DNA of 47,754 bases from Candidatus Latescibacterota bacterium (GTDB taxonomy: Bacteria > Hydrothermota > Tepidihabitantia > Tepidihabitantales > CAIPLT01). Of the stretch, positions 25,617-34,668 are shown in pieces (position 1 is the first letter of the stretch; the number at the start of each line of letters is the position of its first letter). Where the stretch lies: assembly GCA_018335915.1 (NCBI GenBank), contig JAGXRL010000158.1:1-47754 (forward strand). Direction: 5' to 3'. The position numbers and the translations under genes were made by a program. The notes beneath the pieces were generated by a model. That model saw only the letters and a program-made list of their open reading frames with translations. It ran no database searches and was not told where the DNA came from.

Positions 25617-26030
25617 ATGCTTAAAAAGGCATTAATTGCGATTGCAATTATTATCGCTGTTTTTATCACTGCGTTGGTCGTCTTCTATTTTACATTGATG
25701 CGCCCGGCATTTAAAGAAATCAATGCGATTCAGGATATGGAAATCGGCGAAGTCGACTTAAGTCTGGTTGCCGACGGCGCCTACCAAGGAGATTTTGCTT
25801 ATGGTAAATTTACTTGTGAAGTTGAAGTCTTTGTAAAAGACCATAAGATAGAAGGCATCACCGCGATACAAAACCGAGATACTAAATACGCAAAGATGTC
25901 TGAAGGAGTGCTGGTAAAAATAGTTGAAAAGCAGTCACCAAACGTTGACGCGATAACCGGCGCAACCACAACATCGAAAGCATTTATGAAAGCCGTAGAA
26001 AACGCATTAAATAAAGGCATTCGGAAATAA
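25617..26030 (+). CDS. Membrane-anchored FMN-binding domain protein (probable flavinylation substrate)
   Basis: I chose the ATG at 25617, which follows an AAGGAG Shine-Dalgarno sequence. The protein has an N-terminal TM anchor and the motif DAITGATTTSKAF, which matches the D-x-[IV]-[ST]-G-A-T flavin-attachment motif of FMN_bind domains. Confidence 0.8.
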   Translation: MLKKALIAIAIIIAVFITALVVFYFTLMRPAFKEINAIQDMEIGEVDLSLVADGAYQGDFAYGKFTCEVEVFVKDHKIEGITAIQNRDTKYAKMSEGVLVKIVEKQSPNVDAITGATTTSKAFMKAVENALNKGIRK

Positions 26031-26096
26031 GAAACAGCTACGAATATACACGGATGAAGAATTAAAGATTCAGAATAAATCCGTGGCAGATTAGCA

Positions 26097-26651
26097 ATGA
26101 GAGAACTGGAACACGAAAAAGATATTATCGCAAGTGCAGTTGAGGGTGACGAGCACGCTTATTTGTCTTTGCTTAATTCGTACAAGCCGCGTATTTTTAG
26201 TTATGTTCTGCGCACAATCAGAAATTATCACGATGCCGAAGAGATTACGCTCGATACTTTTGTCCGCTGTTTTAAATCGCTAAAATCTTTTGACCGCAGC
26301 AAAACTTTTTCAACCTGGATATATACGATTGCCCACAACTTAACTATAGATTTCTTAAGAAAAAGCCGTAAGCACTACGAACACCTTGATGACCGACCGG
26401 CGGACGAGATGGAAATCGCTGATACTAAAACCAAAGAACCTGCCACAGATTATGACAAACAGGTAAAGTTGAGCAAAATTGAGCAGGCAATGTTGCAGCT
26501 CGCTCCGATTGACCGCGAAATCGTTATTTTATTTCACAAAGAAGAAAAAACTTACCAGGAAATTTCAACTATTCTGAAAATACCCGAAACCACGATTAAA
26601 ACCCGGCTTCACCGGGCGCGACTAAAATTAAAAGAGCTGTGCACTGGATAA
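26097..26651 (+). CDS. ECF-type RNA polymerase sigma factor (sigma-70 family, group 4)
   Basis: 184 aa. Region 2 reads RNYHDAEEITLDTFV and WIYTIAHNLTIDFLRK, and the region 4 helix-turn-helix reads YQEISTILKIPETTIKTRLHRARLKL. Confidence 0.9.
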   Translation: MRELEHEKDIIASAVEGDEHAYLSLLNSYKPRIFSYVLRTIRNYHDAEEITLDTFVRCFKSLKSFDRSKTFSTWIYTIAHNLTIDFLRKSRKHYEHLDDRPADEMEIADTKTKEPATDYDKQVKLSKIEQAMLQLAPIDREIVILFHKEEKTYQEISTILKIPETTIKTRLHRARLKLKELCTG

Positions 26652-26691
26652 AACATGAAACTTTTTACTAAATGCTTCGTATAACATAGTG

Positions 26692-27219
26692 ATGACTAAA
26701 CATAAAGAATTCGAAGAGCTGATTCAAAAGTGCCTTGACCGCGAGATTACAGTGGACGAGAACATCTCTTTACAACTCCACTTGTCGCAGTGTCCGGACT
26801 GCTCTTTGTTTTACAATGAACTGGTTAGCGCGGAAAAAGAAATTATTGATATGGTTGAGGTGGTTCCGAATCACGGGTTCAATGAAGCGGTGCTGGCGCG
26901 GATAAAGACTAAAAAAGTGCCGGCTTGGGCAAAAATCGCGACGGTTTTAGGCAGTGCCTGGGTGGTTTCTTTTCTTGCTTTTATATTAATCCCGGCATCG
27001 CGTGATTTGTTTACGCGGATTCTTTTTAGCAGCCCGTCAATTGTGAAAGCGGTTGCTAAAATCTATTTTGTCGGTTCGACCTTGGCCCGCATCGTAACAC
27101 CATTCGCAAAAAGCCAGCTTAATCCGACCTTATTAGTCGTCAGTATTTTGCTCAGTGTCGGAATGTTTATATTCTTTGGAAAACTATTTAGTAAAAAGGA
27201 GACCGTATGGAACACATAA
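26692..27219 (+). CDS. Anti-sigma factor (zf-HC2 type) with transmembrane segments
   Basis: It has the N-terminal H-x3-C-x2-C motif (HLSQCPDCSLF) followed by hydrophobic helices, and it lies immediately after the ECF sigma gene. ATG at 26692 (GTG at 26689 is also possible). Confidence 0.75.
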   Translation: MTKHKEFEELIQKCLDREITVDENISLQLHLSQCPDCSLFYNELVSAEKEIIDMVEVVPNHGFNEAVLARIKTKKVPAWAKIATVLGSAWVVSFLAFILIPASRDLFTRILFSSPSIVKAVAKIYFVGSTLARIVTPFAKSQLNPTLLVVSILLSVGMFIFFGKLFSKKETVWNT

Positions 27220-28547
27220 TAAAAGTCAAAAGTCAAAAGCCAAAAGCCAAAAGCATCGGAATTTTAATGCTGGTTTTAGTAGGAGCGGTATTTGCGAATA
27301 CGCAATATCCGGGTTTGATGCCAGAAGTTATAGTTGCTGCGCCGCGCATTGATAATGAGTCAAACGGGATGATGCCAGTCGTAGAAGTTACAGCAATTCG
27401 TCCAGAACTCCAAAATATGGGAATCGCAATGACAACCGAAAATCCGCGCGTGTATGACAATGTCGTTTATAACGAACCAACCGCATATACGCAGTTTAAA
27501 CAACAGCTTTTCGAAATGGTCAATGAACAAAATTTGCCTGACCCGGGTTTTAGTTTTGCTAAAGCAAAAGTCAGCACTTTAATCATTGACGAGGGCGATA
27601 CTTTAAAAAATGACCTTGAGTTTTCTGGCAAGTCAGGACAAATCAGCGGCGTTTTAAAAGGAGATTTAGCGATTATTGGCGGCGACCTTGATATTACCCA
27701 AACCGGTAAGGTTGATGGCGATATTGCAGTCATGGGAGGCAGTATCTCAAATCACGGTACGATTGAAAAAGACATGGCTGTGTTTGGCGGGTCTTTTTAT
27801 AATAACGGAATTTTGAAAGGAGATATTTTTGTTGCCGGCGGCAGTGTCAAACTCGATTCCGGCTCGGTTATCGCCGGTGATATTGCAATCGTTGGCGGTT
27901 CTTTGGAAAAAGACACGCATGCGATTATTAAAGGAGAAATAAAATCAGTAGAAATAAACATATTGGGCAAGACAATCCCCAAACTGGCAACCGCACTTAA
28001 AATGTCCCGCACCTTTCCCAGGGCATTAACCATGACCGGCAGTGCCGTGGCAACCCTGCTGTTTTTTGGCGGTCTTTTTGTGATTATGCTTTTAGTTCTG
28101 CTTATCTTTCCAAAGGCACCGGTTAAAGTTACTGAGACCATTAATAAAAATGTCTGGATTCCAATTGCAATCGGTTTTGGTATGCAGTTATTAATTATCC
28201 CGCTCATTGTACTTTTAGCTGTTTCAATAGTTGGTATACCAGTGATTCCGATATTTATGCTCGGTTTGTTTGCTTGTTTAATTGTCGGTTTAACTTCAGT
28301 GTTTTACTTGATTGGGATGCGCGTACAGCGTACAGATGAAAGCAAAGGCAGTATGATTGCCAAATTTGCAATCGGATTTATAATCATTATGGCGATTCCT
28401 TTATTAGGCGCGATTATACGAATTTTTAGTCCAATCGGCGGATTATTCTCTGCGCTCGGCGCGGTCATAATCTATGTTGTTGCCACGATTGGTTTGGGCG
28501 CAGCGTTTTACACGCTAGTGAAATATCGAAAAGTAAAAATAACATAA
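27207..28547 (+). CDS. Membrane protein with a bactofilin-like/beta-helical repeat domain and a polytopic C-terminus
   Basis: 446 aa with an AAGGAG Shine-Dalgarno sequence. It overlaps the anti-sigma 3' end by 13 nt. Repeats of the GD(I/L)A(I/V)xGG type (GDLAIIGGDLDI, GDIAVMGGSI, DMAVFGGSF, GDIFVAGGSV, GDIAIVGGSL) are followed by about 5 TM helices. Confidence 0.7.
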   Translation: MEHIIKVKSQKPKAKSIGILMLVLVGAVFANTQYPGLMPEVIVAAPRIDNESNGMMPVVEVTAIRPELQNMGIAMTTENPRVYDNVVYNEPTAYTQFKQQLFEMVNEQNLPDPGFSFAKAKVSTLIIDEGDTLKNDLEFSGKSGQISGVLKGDLAIIGGDLDITQTGKVDGDIAVMGGSISNHGTIEKDMAVFGGSFYNNGILKGDIFVAGGSVKLDSGSVIAGDIAIVGGSLEKDTHAIIKGEIKSVEINILGKTIPKLATALKMSRTFPRALTMTGSAVATLLFFGGLFVIMLLVLLIFPKAPVKVTETINKNVWIPIAIGFGMQLLIIPLIVLLAVSIVGIPVIPIFMLGLFACLIVGLTSVFYLIGMRVQRTDESKGSMIAKFAIGFIIIMAIPLLGAIIRIFSPIGGLFSALGAVIIYVVATIGLGAAFYTLVKYRKVKIT

Positions 28548-28564
28548 CCATACAGCAAAAACAT

Positions 28565-28603
28565 AACGGGTAGTTAAACTGGGATTTAGCTGCCCGTTTT
28601 CTT
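28565..28603 (+). terminator. Terminator-like hairpin
   Basis: The stem aacgggtag (28565-28573) / ctgcccgtt (28590-28598) contains one G-T pair, has a 16-nt loop and is followed by a T-rich tail. Confidence 0.5.
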
Positions 28604-28661
28604 GTTGATTTTTTGGTAATATTTCCATAATATATGTAAATGTTGATTACGGAGGAAAACT

Positions 28662-29132
28662 ATGAAAGATATTGTTAAACTGTTATTAAGTATTGTCATT
28701 TGCCAAGCCGCGGGTATTATCGGTTCGTTTTTTACCACGCCTAATATTCCAACCTGGTACAAAGCATTAAACAAACCGAGTTTTGCACCGCCGAACTGGG
28801 TTTTTGCTCCGGTCTGGACACTTCTGTTTCTGTTAATGGGCATTGCTTTGTATCTGGTCTGGAAACAGGGATGGAACGCGCCGGGCGTGCGTATGGCAAT
28901 GATAATATTCTTTATTCATCTGGTCGTAAATATTTTATGGTCAGCCGTGTTTTTCGGTCTACGCGCACCCCTGGCAGGATTCTTTGTCATCGTGGCACTC
29001 TGGTTTCTGATTATTCTTACGATTATCTATTTTAGCAATATATCAAAGCCCGCGGGTATTTTGCTTATTCCTTATATTGTTTGGGTCAGCTTTGCGTCGG
29101 TGCTTAATTTTATGTTATATAAATTAAACTAA
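28662..29132 (+). CDS. tspO: TspO/MBR family tryptophan-rich sensory protein
   Basis: 156 aa with five TM helices and TspO-typical sequence WYKALNKPSFAPPNWVFAPVWTLLFLLMG. Confidence 0.9.
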   Translation: MKDIVKLLLSIVICQAAGIIGSFFTTPNIPTWYKALNKPSFAPPNWVFAPVWTLLFLLMGIALYLVWKQGWNAPGVRMAMIIFFIHLVVNILWSAVFFGLRAPLAGFFVIVALWFLIILTIIYFSNISKPAGILLIPYIVWVSFASVLNFMLYKLN

Positions 29133-29134
29133 TT

Positions 29135-29599
29135 GTGTTTGAAATAATCGAAGCACAAAGCGAACCCGAGCTTATTGAAATTCGAAAGTTATTTAAAGAG
29201 TACGCAGACTGGCTTGGATTTGACTTGTCGTTTCAGAATTTTGACAAAGAATTTGCCGAACTGCCAGGCAAATATGCCCCGCCTGACGGATGCCTACTTT
29301 TGGCATTTGAAAACTCTATTGCGGTTGGGTGTGTCGGTATAAGAAAATTCGAAACCGATATCTGTGAAATGAAACGGCTATATGTCCAACCTGCTTACCG
29401 AGGTAAAGATTATGGCAGAGAATTGGCACAACAAGTTATTGACCAGGCGCGTAAAATCAGGTATAAATATATGCGATTGGATACAGTGCCATGGATGAAC
29501 CAAGCAATCGGGCTTTATCGGGCATTGGGATTTTATGAAATACCAGCATACCGTCACAATCCAATAAAAGGCGCATTATATTTTGAATTGAAGTTATGA
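29135..29599 (+). CDS. GNAT family N-acetyltransferase
   Basis: 154 aa with a GTG start 2 nt after the tspO stop. The acetyl-CoA motif A reads LYVQPAYRGKDYGRELAQ. Confidence 0.85.
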   Translation: MFEIIEAQSEPELIEIRKLFKEYADWLGFDLSFQNFDKEFAELPGKYAPPDGCLLLAFENSIAVGCVGIRKFETDICEMKRLYVQPAYRGKDYGRELAQQVIDQARKIRYKYMRLDTVPWMNQAIGLYRALGFYEIPAYRHNPIKGALYFELKL

Positions 29600-29616
29600 A
29601 TAATAAGGAGTAAATT

Positions 29617-30168
29617 ATGGCAGAAGAAACAATACCAATCCATTATGTCTGTACGCACCAAGAAGCAAAAGAATTAATCGAAAAGTATAATAAATTCTGG
29701 GTTTCGAACTGCGGTTGTCGGGAAGGCAACGAAAAAGGATGTCAGCGGTCGCGAATTGATGTCTGTTTAATGTTTGATGAAGGTGAAGGGAGCAGCGGTT
29801 CAGATAAAAAAGAAGTTGATCTGGCTTTTGTGGGTGCTATTATGCAAGAGGCAAAGACTAAAAGTCTGGTGACCCGTCCATTTCGCAACGAAGCAAGAAC
29901 TGATACGGCAGGAATTTGTTTTTGCTGCGATGATTGCTGCGGTTATTTTGTCTCGCCCGGCAAATACGACTGCAACAAAGGAAAACTTATCGAACAGACC
30001 AATATGAAAGAATGCACGCATTGCGGGGCTTGTATTGAAGTCTGTTATTTTAAGGCGCGGTTAATGGTTGATGATAAACTTCAAATTAATCGCGAAAATT
30101 GTTATGGCTGCGGACTATGCGTAGGTTCCTGCCCGGTTGAGTGTATTGAAATGGAGAAAAAACAATGA
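29617..30168 (+). CDS. Cys-rich 4Fe-4S dicluster domain protein
   Basis: 183 aa. The C-terminus has two ferredoxin motifs, CTHCGACIEVC and CYGCGLCVGSCP. Additional Cys clusters are present (NCGCREGNEKGC and CFCCDDCCGYF). Confidence 0.75.
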   Translation: MAEETIPIHYVCTHQEAKELIEKYNKFWVSNCGCREGNEKGCQRSRIDVCLMFDEGEGSSGSDKKEVDLAFVGAIMQEAKTKSLVTRPFRNEARTDTAGICFCCDDCCGYFVSPGKYDCNKGKLIEQTNMKECTHCGACIEVCYFKARLMVDDKLQINRENCYGCGLCVGSCPVECIEMEKKQ

Positions 30169-30806
30169 AACTAAGAAAAAGCGAAGTAATCGTTTTGATT
30201 ATTATTTTATTAAGTTTAGCGATTAGCATATATTTTAATCCCAAATTACCAGACAAGATTGTTGCGCACTGGGATTATAAAGGCGAAGCCGACGGGTATA
30301 TGGCAAAATCCCGAGGCATATTTTTAATGCCGGCATTTTTATTTGTGCTCTTTCTGGTCTTTCTTTTCGTACCGCGGCTCGACCCGCTCAAGGCAAATGT
30401 GGAAAAGTTCCGTAAATACTTTGATGGATTTATAATACTCTTGTTTATGTTTATGCTCGTAATTCACCTGCAGACGATTTTGTGGGCTTTGGGCACAAAG
30501 ATAAAACCGAATGTCCTGTTTCCAGTTGGTCTGGGTGTTTTATTTTATTATGTCGGGATTATGCTTAACCATTCGCAGCGCAACTGGTTTATCGGATTGC
30601 GTACGCCGTGGACTTTAAGCAGTGATTCGGTCTGGGAAAAGACCCATAAATTCGGTGCCAAGCTTATAAAAATATCTGCGGTTATTGCGATGAGTGGTGC
30701 GTTGTTTCAGAATTTTGCGATGTTTATTGTACTGGCACCGATTATCGGCTCATTTATTTATCTGACGGTATATTCATATATAGAATATAAAAAAGAGAAC
30801 AAATAA
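30165..30806 (+). CDS. SdpI/YhfL-like membrane protein (DUF1648 plus SdpI-type helices)
   Basis: 213 aa. Its ATG overlaps the stop of the Fe-S gene (ATGA). The N-terminus has the PDKIVAHWDYKGEADGY motif after TM1, and NWFIGLRTPWTLSSDSVWEKTH resembles the SdpI-family core. Confidence 0.65.
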   Translation: MKLRKSEVIVLIIILLSLAISIYFNPKLPDKIVAHWDYKGEADGYMAKSRGIFLMPAFLFVLFLVFLFVPRLDPLKANVEKFRKYFDGFIILLFMFMLVIHLQTILWALGTKIKPNVLFPVGLGVLFYYVGIMLNHSQRNWFIGLRTPWTLSSDSVWEKTHKFGAKLIKISAVIAMSGALFQNFAMFIVLAPIIGSFIYLTVYSYIEYKKENK

Positions 30807-30849
30807 TTTAATATTTGTAATAGAAATAATTACCACGCGTTCGAAGAAC

Positions 30850-30998
30850 CCATGAAGTGCAAGCACGAAAACTCGAAACTGCGAGACCACAGAGACACTG
30901 AGAAAACACAGAGAAGAATTAATAAAGATCTCTGTGTCCTCTGTGTTCTCCGTGACTCTGTGGTGTATTTTTCTTTCGTGACCTTCGTGTCTTCGTGG
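30850..30998. repeat. Large stuttering imperfect palindrome (CACAGAGA/TCTCTGTG plus CACGAAG/CTTCGTG arms)
   Basis: The inner arms are ccacagagacactgagaaaacacagagaag (about 30887-30916) and ctctgtgtcctctgtgttctccgtgactctgtgg (30930-30963). The outer arms are ccatgaagtgcaagcacgaaaactcgaaa and tttctttcgtgaccttcgtgtcttcgtgg. The symmetry centre is near 30923. Confidence 0.75.
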
Positions 30999-31393
30999 TC
31001 AAAAGTGAAATTAAGAAAAACAATTTTTTACATAAACCCGAACCCGGCCCCGCTTTTCTCTTCTGCCTATTTTCCGTCGCCATGCCCGTGTTTCTATCCG
31101 CAATCCAATCATGGCCACTCTGATAAATTTTGTGCGCGCATCACGCCGCTACTTGTCGAGCAGCTCAGCTAACCATCTTTTGCAGCGTCGTGGTCAACGC
31201 ATAACCCTTAATTCTTTAACACTTAAACCTTATCTTCGGTCTCAATGGAGGGGGCGGCTCCCCTAAGTTGATAGTTTTTGCTGTTAGTTATTGGCTATTA
31301 ATTGATTGTCTGAGATTTACGCTCAAAAACAGGTTGTTATATATAGCAACTTTTATTCTACCTGGAGGTAGAATTTTATGAGTGATAACTCGA

Positions 31394-33844
31394 TTATCTC
31401 TTTATAACTTTTGCCCGTCCCAATCTCTGATTATCTGATTCTAACCTTATATAATATATGCCGGATTTTAGATTTCTGATTTGCCGGTCGTTTAATATTA
31501 AAGTAGCGCCACCCGGCAAAGTTTTCTGGTAAAGATTAGCACCAAGCGTGTTATAAATAGAGATTTTTATATCGCCGCTTGAGAAATCTGATAATCTGAG
31601 TACGATGCGGTCAGTAAAAAATGTATTGCATCTAACCGACAAATTTTTTCTTGGTTGTGTCGGGGCTTCAGTAATTCCGGTTGATGCACTGGCAAACTTT
31701 AAGACATACGCATCATAACTGCCCGCATTTGTTCCCTGATAATAAGCGCCTCCGCCTGGATTATAAACCGGGAAACCAGAGGACAGAGTAAATCCTGATA
31801 AGAATATGTTGCCCGTTGCATCGGTTGCCAGAGACATGCCATAATCAGTACTGGCGCCGCCATAATAGGTTGCCCATTGTCTTGCGCCGGTGTTATTAAA
31901 TCCTAAGATAAAAACATCATGACCGCCGCCAAGGGCTGCTTGATAATACGCATTATTGCCCGGGTCATAGGTCGGGAAATTCGCGGACAGGGTATTTCCC
32001 GAAACATAAACCATTCCTGAGGGATGGGTCGTAATCGTGCGGGCAATATCGCCGGTTGTGCCGCCATAATAAGTCGACCAAATCCTGATGCCTGAATTGT
32101 CGAATTTTAAGATAAACGCATCATCGCTACCAGCAATAGTTCCTTGAAAATAAGCACCGCCACCCGCATCCAGAACCGGGAAATTGGTTGATGAGGTATT
32201 GCCTGTAATAAATATATTGCCTAATGAGTCGGCTGTAATTGCCCGTCCATAATCATTCGTGCTTCCGCCATAATATGTTGCCCAGGTTCTGACGCCATTA
32301 TTATTGAATTTCAAGATAAAGACTGTGCGATAGCCAAGAATTGAAGATTGAAAATAAGCCCCGCCACCCGCATCCAGAATCGGGAAATTAGTTGAACGGC
32401 ACATGCCGGTGATAAAGACATTACCAGCCGTATCAGCCGCAATTCCATATCCATTATCATCGTCAGACCCGCCATAATAAGTCGCCCACAACCTTACCCC
32501 GGCGTTAGAGAATTTTAAAATAAACGCATCAAAAGAGCCGGCATTAGTGGGCTGAAAATAGGCGCCACTGCCCGCATCATAGGTTGGAAGATTGCTTGAA
32601 AAGGTATTGCCAGTTATAAAGATATTTCCTGACGGGTCGGTTGCAATCGCATAGCCGACATCACTTTGATATCCGCCATAATAGGTTGCCCATTGTCGTA
32701 AGCCGGTGTTGCTAAATTTTAAGACAAAAACATCACCGCTGCCACCCGACGAAGATTGAAAATAAGCACCGCCACCTGGATTATAGGTTGGAAAAGTGGT
32801 TGAAGAAAAAGTCACGCCAGTAACGAACAGGTTTTCTGAAGAGTCAGTGGCAAGGGCAATGCCAATATCATCAGAAATTCCGCCATAATAGGTTGCCCAT
32901 TCTCGTTGCCCATTGTTATTGAATTTTACAATGAACGCATCAAATGCACTGGCAACAGTTCCTTGAAAATAGGCGCCCGCACCAGGATTTAGGGTCGGGA
33001 AATTAGTCGAACCGGTAAATCCAGTTATATAGATATTACCTGAATTATCAGCGGTTATTGCACCCATTTCACGAGAACCATCACAATTATCCTGACCACT
33101 GCCGCCATAATAGGTTGCCCAGAGGCGTTCAAATGGTGGGTCAATAATTAAAGTTTTATTTTTGTCATAATTCTTTATGTCAAAAGTAATAAATCCCTGT
33201 TGGTCTTTGCTGTAAAAAGCAGATATCGGCGCGCCATCTTTTTGATAAACATAAAGCACGCCCTCATTAATTTTCCCAATTGGTGTTGTATAGACTAACT
33301 CTTTGCCATCTTTAATCTCGACATCAGCCCATTTTACATTTAGTTTTATATTACTGAGGTCGGCATGCGGTTTAACCTCGAATTCACTATGCACTCGGTC
33401 ATCAAATCGCCATATCCAATTAATACCAGGATAGATATCGTTTATTTTGACATGGCGGTAAGATTTGACATACATAATGCCGTCAGGACAATGGGACAGG
33501 AAATAATTGGTGTGGCCAGGAATTTCATCGTGCATCTCGACCTTACCTTTTTCAATCCTACTGCCGACCGCCTCGATGTCAAAACGGGCATATCTCATTT
33601 GGTCGTGCTCGCGCTGGTAAAGGACAAAGCTGGCACCGTGTTCAGTCAGGTATATGTTATGACCAGGCAGGTTAATTTTGAATAATAGCGACCAAACCGG
33701 ATTGTTATCGCCGTCAACCATCTGCCCCCGGTTTTCTTCAAACCCGTTTTGATTGTTTATCCAGGATTGGGTAATATGATTTGTTACAGTTTCGGCAAAA
33801 ATCATACCGGTAATTATAAATATTGCGATAATAATTTTTTTCAT
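31394..33844 (-). CDS. Secreted SBBP-type beta-propeller repeat protein with a T9SS C-terminal sorting domain
   Basis: 816 aa with a signal peptide. About nine repeats have the form WATYYGG...D.G..IA.D..GN.F.TG.T.S.NFP. The C-terminal ~80 aa (IYNTLGANLYQ...LKSGIYYIRLESDNQ...KVIKR) look like a Por/T9SS sorting domain. Confidence 0.85.
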   Translation of the reverse strand: MKKIIIAIFIITGMIFAETVTNHITQSWINNQNGFEENRGQMVDGDNNPVWSLLFKINLPGHNIYLTEHGASFVLYQREHDQMRYARFDIEAVGSRIEKGKVEMHDEIPGHTNYFLSHCPDGIMYVKSYRHVKINDIYPGINWIWRFDDRVHSEFEVKPHADLSNIKLNVKWADVEIKDGKELVYTTPIGKINEGVLYVYQKDGAPISAFYSKDQQGFITFDIKNYDKNKTLIIDPPFERLWATYYGGSGQDNCDGSREMGAITADNSGNIYITGFTGSTNFPTLNPGAGAYFQGTVASAFDAFIVKFNNNGQREWATYYGGISDDIGIALATDSSENLFVTGVTFSSTTFPTYNPGGGAYFQSSSGGSGDVFVLKFSNTGLRQWATYYGGYQSDVGYAIATDPSGNIFITGNTFSSNLPTYDAGSGAYFQPTNAGSFDAFILKFSNAGVRLWATYYGGSDDDNGYGIAADTAGNVFITGMCRSTNFPILDAGGGAYFQSSILGYRTVFILKFNNNGVRTWATYYGGSTNDYGRAITADSLGNIFITGNTSSTNFPVLDAGGGAYFQGTIAGSDDAFILKFDNSGIRIWSTYYGGTTGDIARTITTHPSGMVYVSGNTLSANFPTYDPGNNAYYQAALGGGHDVFILGFNNTGARQWATYYGGASTDYGMSLATDATGNIFLSGFTLSSGFPVYNPGGGAYYQGTNAGSYDAYVLKFASASTGITEAPTQPRKNLSVRCNTFFTDRIVLRLSDFSSGDIKISIYNTLGANLYQKTLPGGATLILNDRQIRNLKSGIYYIRLESDNQRLGRAKVIKR

Positions 33845-33963
33845 AACTCCCTCCGTTTTTATTTATCCGATATGCGCATTTTTTATAAAATTTTTATAAC
33901 GCTATTTGCTATATTAGACCCAAAAACTTTTGATTTGTCAAGAATAAAAGGTTGGGGATACGA

Positions 33964-34584
33964 TTAGTATAATCCCTTTTTGCTGTTTTGAGGCGCGATA
34001 TCGTGTTCGACAAGGCTAAATAATTTACTGTGCTTTTCTAAGACAGAATAATGGCACCGGTTAATCCGACCGCTATGAAAACTTGGTCCGCGATTATCAC
34101 AGAAAAGCCAGATAAACGCCATAAAAAATAGACCATGACCAACAAGTAGAATTTTTTCATCAGTATTATCGATTATTTTCAGAAAATCAACAACCCTATT
34201 CTTGACATCATTCAAGCTCTCGCCTTGCTCAAAACCAACTTGGTTCTGCCCATTGTTCCACTTACTGATTACATTATCATAAATCATTTGCCTGTTTTGT
34301 TCTTCAATACACTTGCCGTCAAGCACACCGACATCAATCTCCCGCAATTGTTCAACCACAACCGGTTTGAGATTGCAGGCATCACCGATAATCTGAGCAG
34401 TTTGTTGCGCCCGGATTAACGGGCTGGTGTAGATTTTATTTAATCCAAGCTTTGACATTGGTTGTGATATTTGTTTAACCTGTTCGACCCCAAAATCGGT
34501 GAGAGGTAAATCCAATTTTCGGGATGCAAAGGTATGTGTGATATTGGCAACGCTTTCACCGTGCCTGAGTAGATATAAAATCAT
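33964..34584 (-). CDS. Histidine phosphatase family protein (phosphoglycerate-mutase-like)
   Basis: It has the catalytic RHG motif (LYLLRHGESVAN) right after the ATG at 34584 and a later LLVGHG motif. The track start (GTG at 34638) adds 18 aa and is less likely. Confidence 0.8.
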   Translation of the reverse strand: MILYLLRHGESVANITHTFASRKLDLPLTDFGVEQVKQISQPMSKLGLNKIYTSPLIRAQQTAQIIGDACNLKPVVVEQLREIDVGVLDGKCIEEQNRQMIYDNVISKWNNGQNQVGFEQGESLNDVKNRVVDFLKIIDNTDEKILLVGHGLFFMAFIWLFCDNRGPSFHSGRINRCHYSVLEKHSKLFSLVEHDIAPQNSKKGLY

Positions 34585-34668
34585 ATATTCGTTGTTGTCA
34601 TTGCGCAGTCTGTTTCTGATTCCGGTAATCCCCGGCACCTTCTGATTTGTATAAGATTTTTTCGGTTC

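Noticed and set aside
28586-28843. 85-aa minus-strand ORF overlapping the tspO start
   Set aside because: It is antisense to a well-supported TspO gene and to the terminator/promoter region, and it has no motifs.
30852-31172. 106-aa ORF (MKCKHENSKLRDHRDTEKTQRR...)
   Set aside because: The first half is a translation of both arms of the palindromic repeat. It has no Shine-Dalgarno sequence, is low-complexity, and resembles no protein I recognise.
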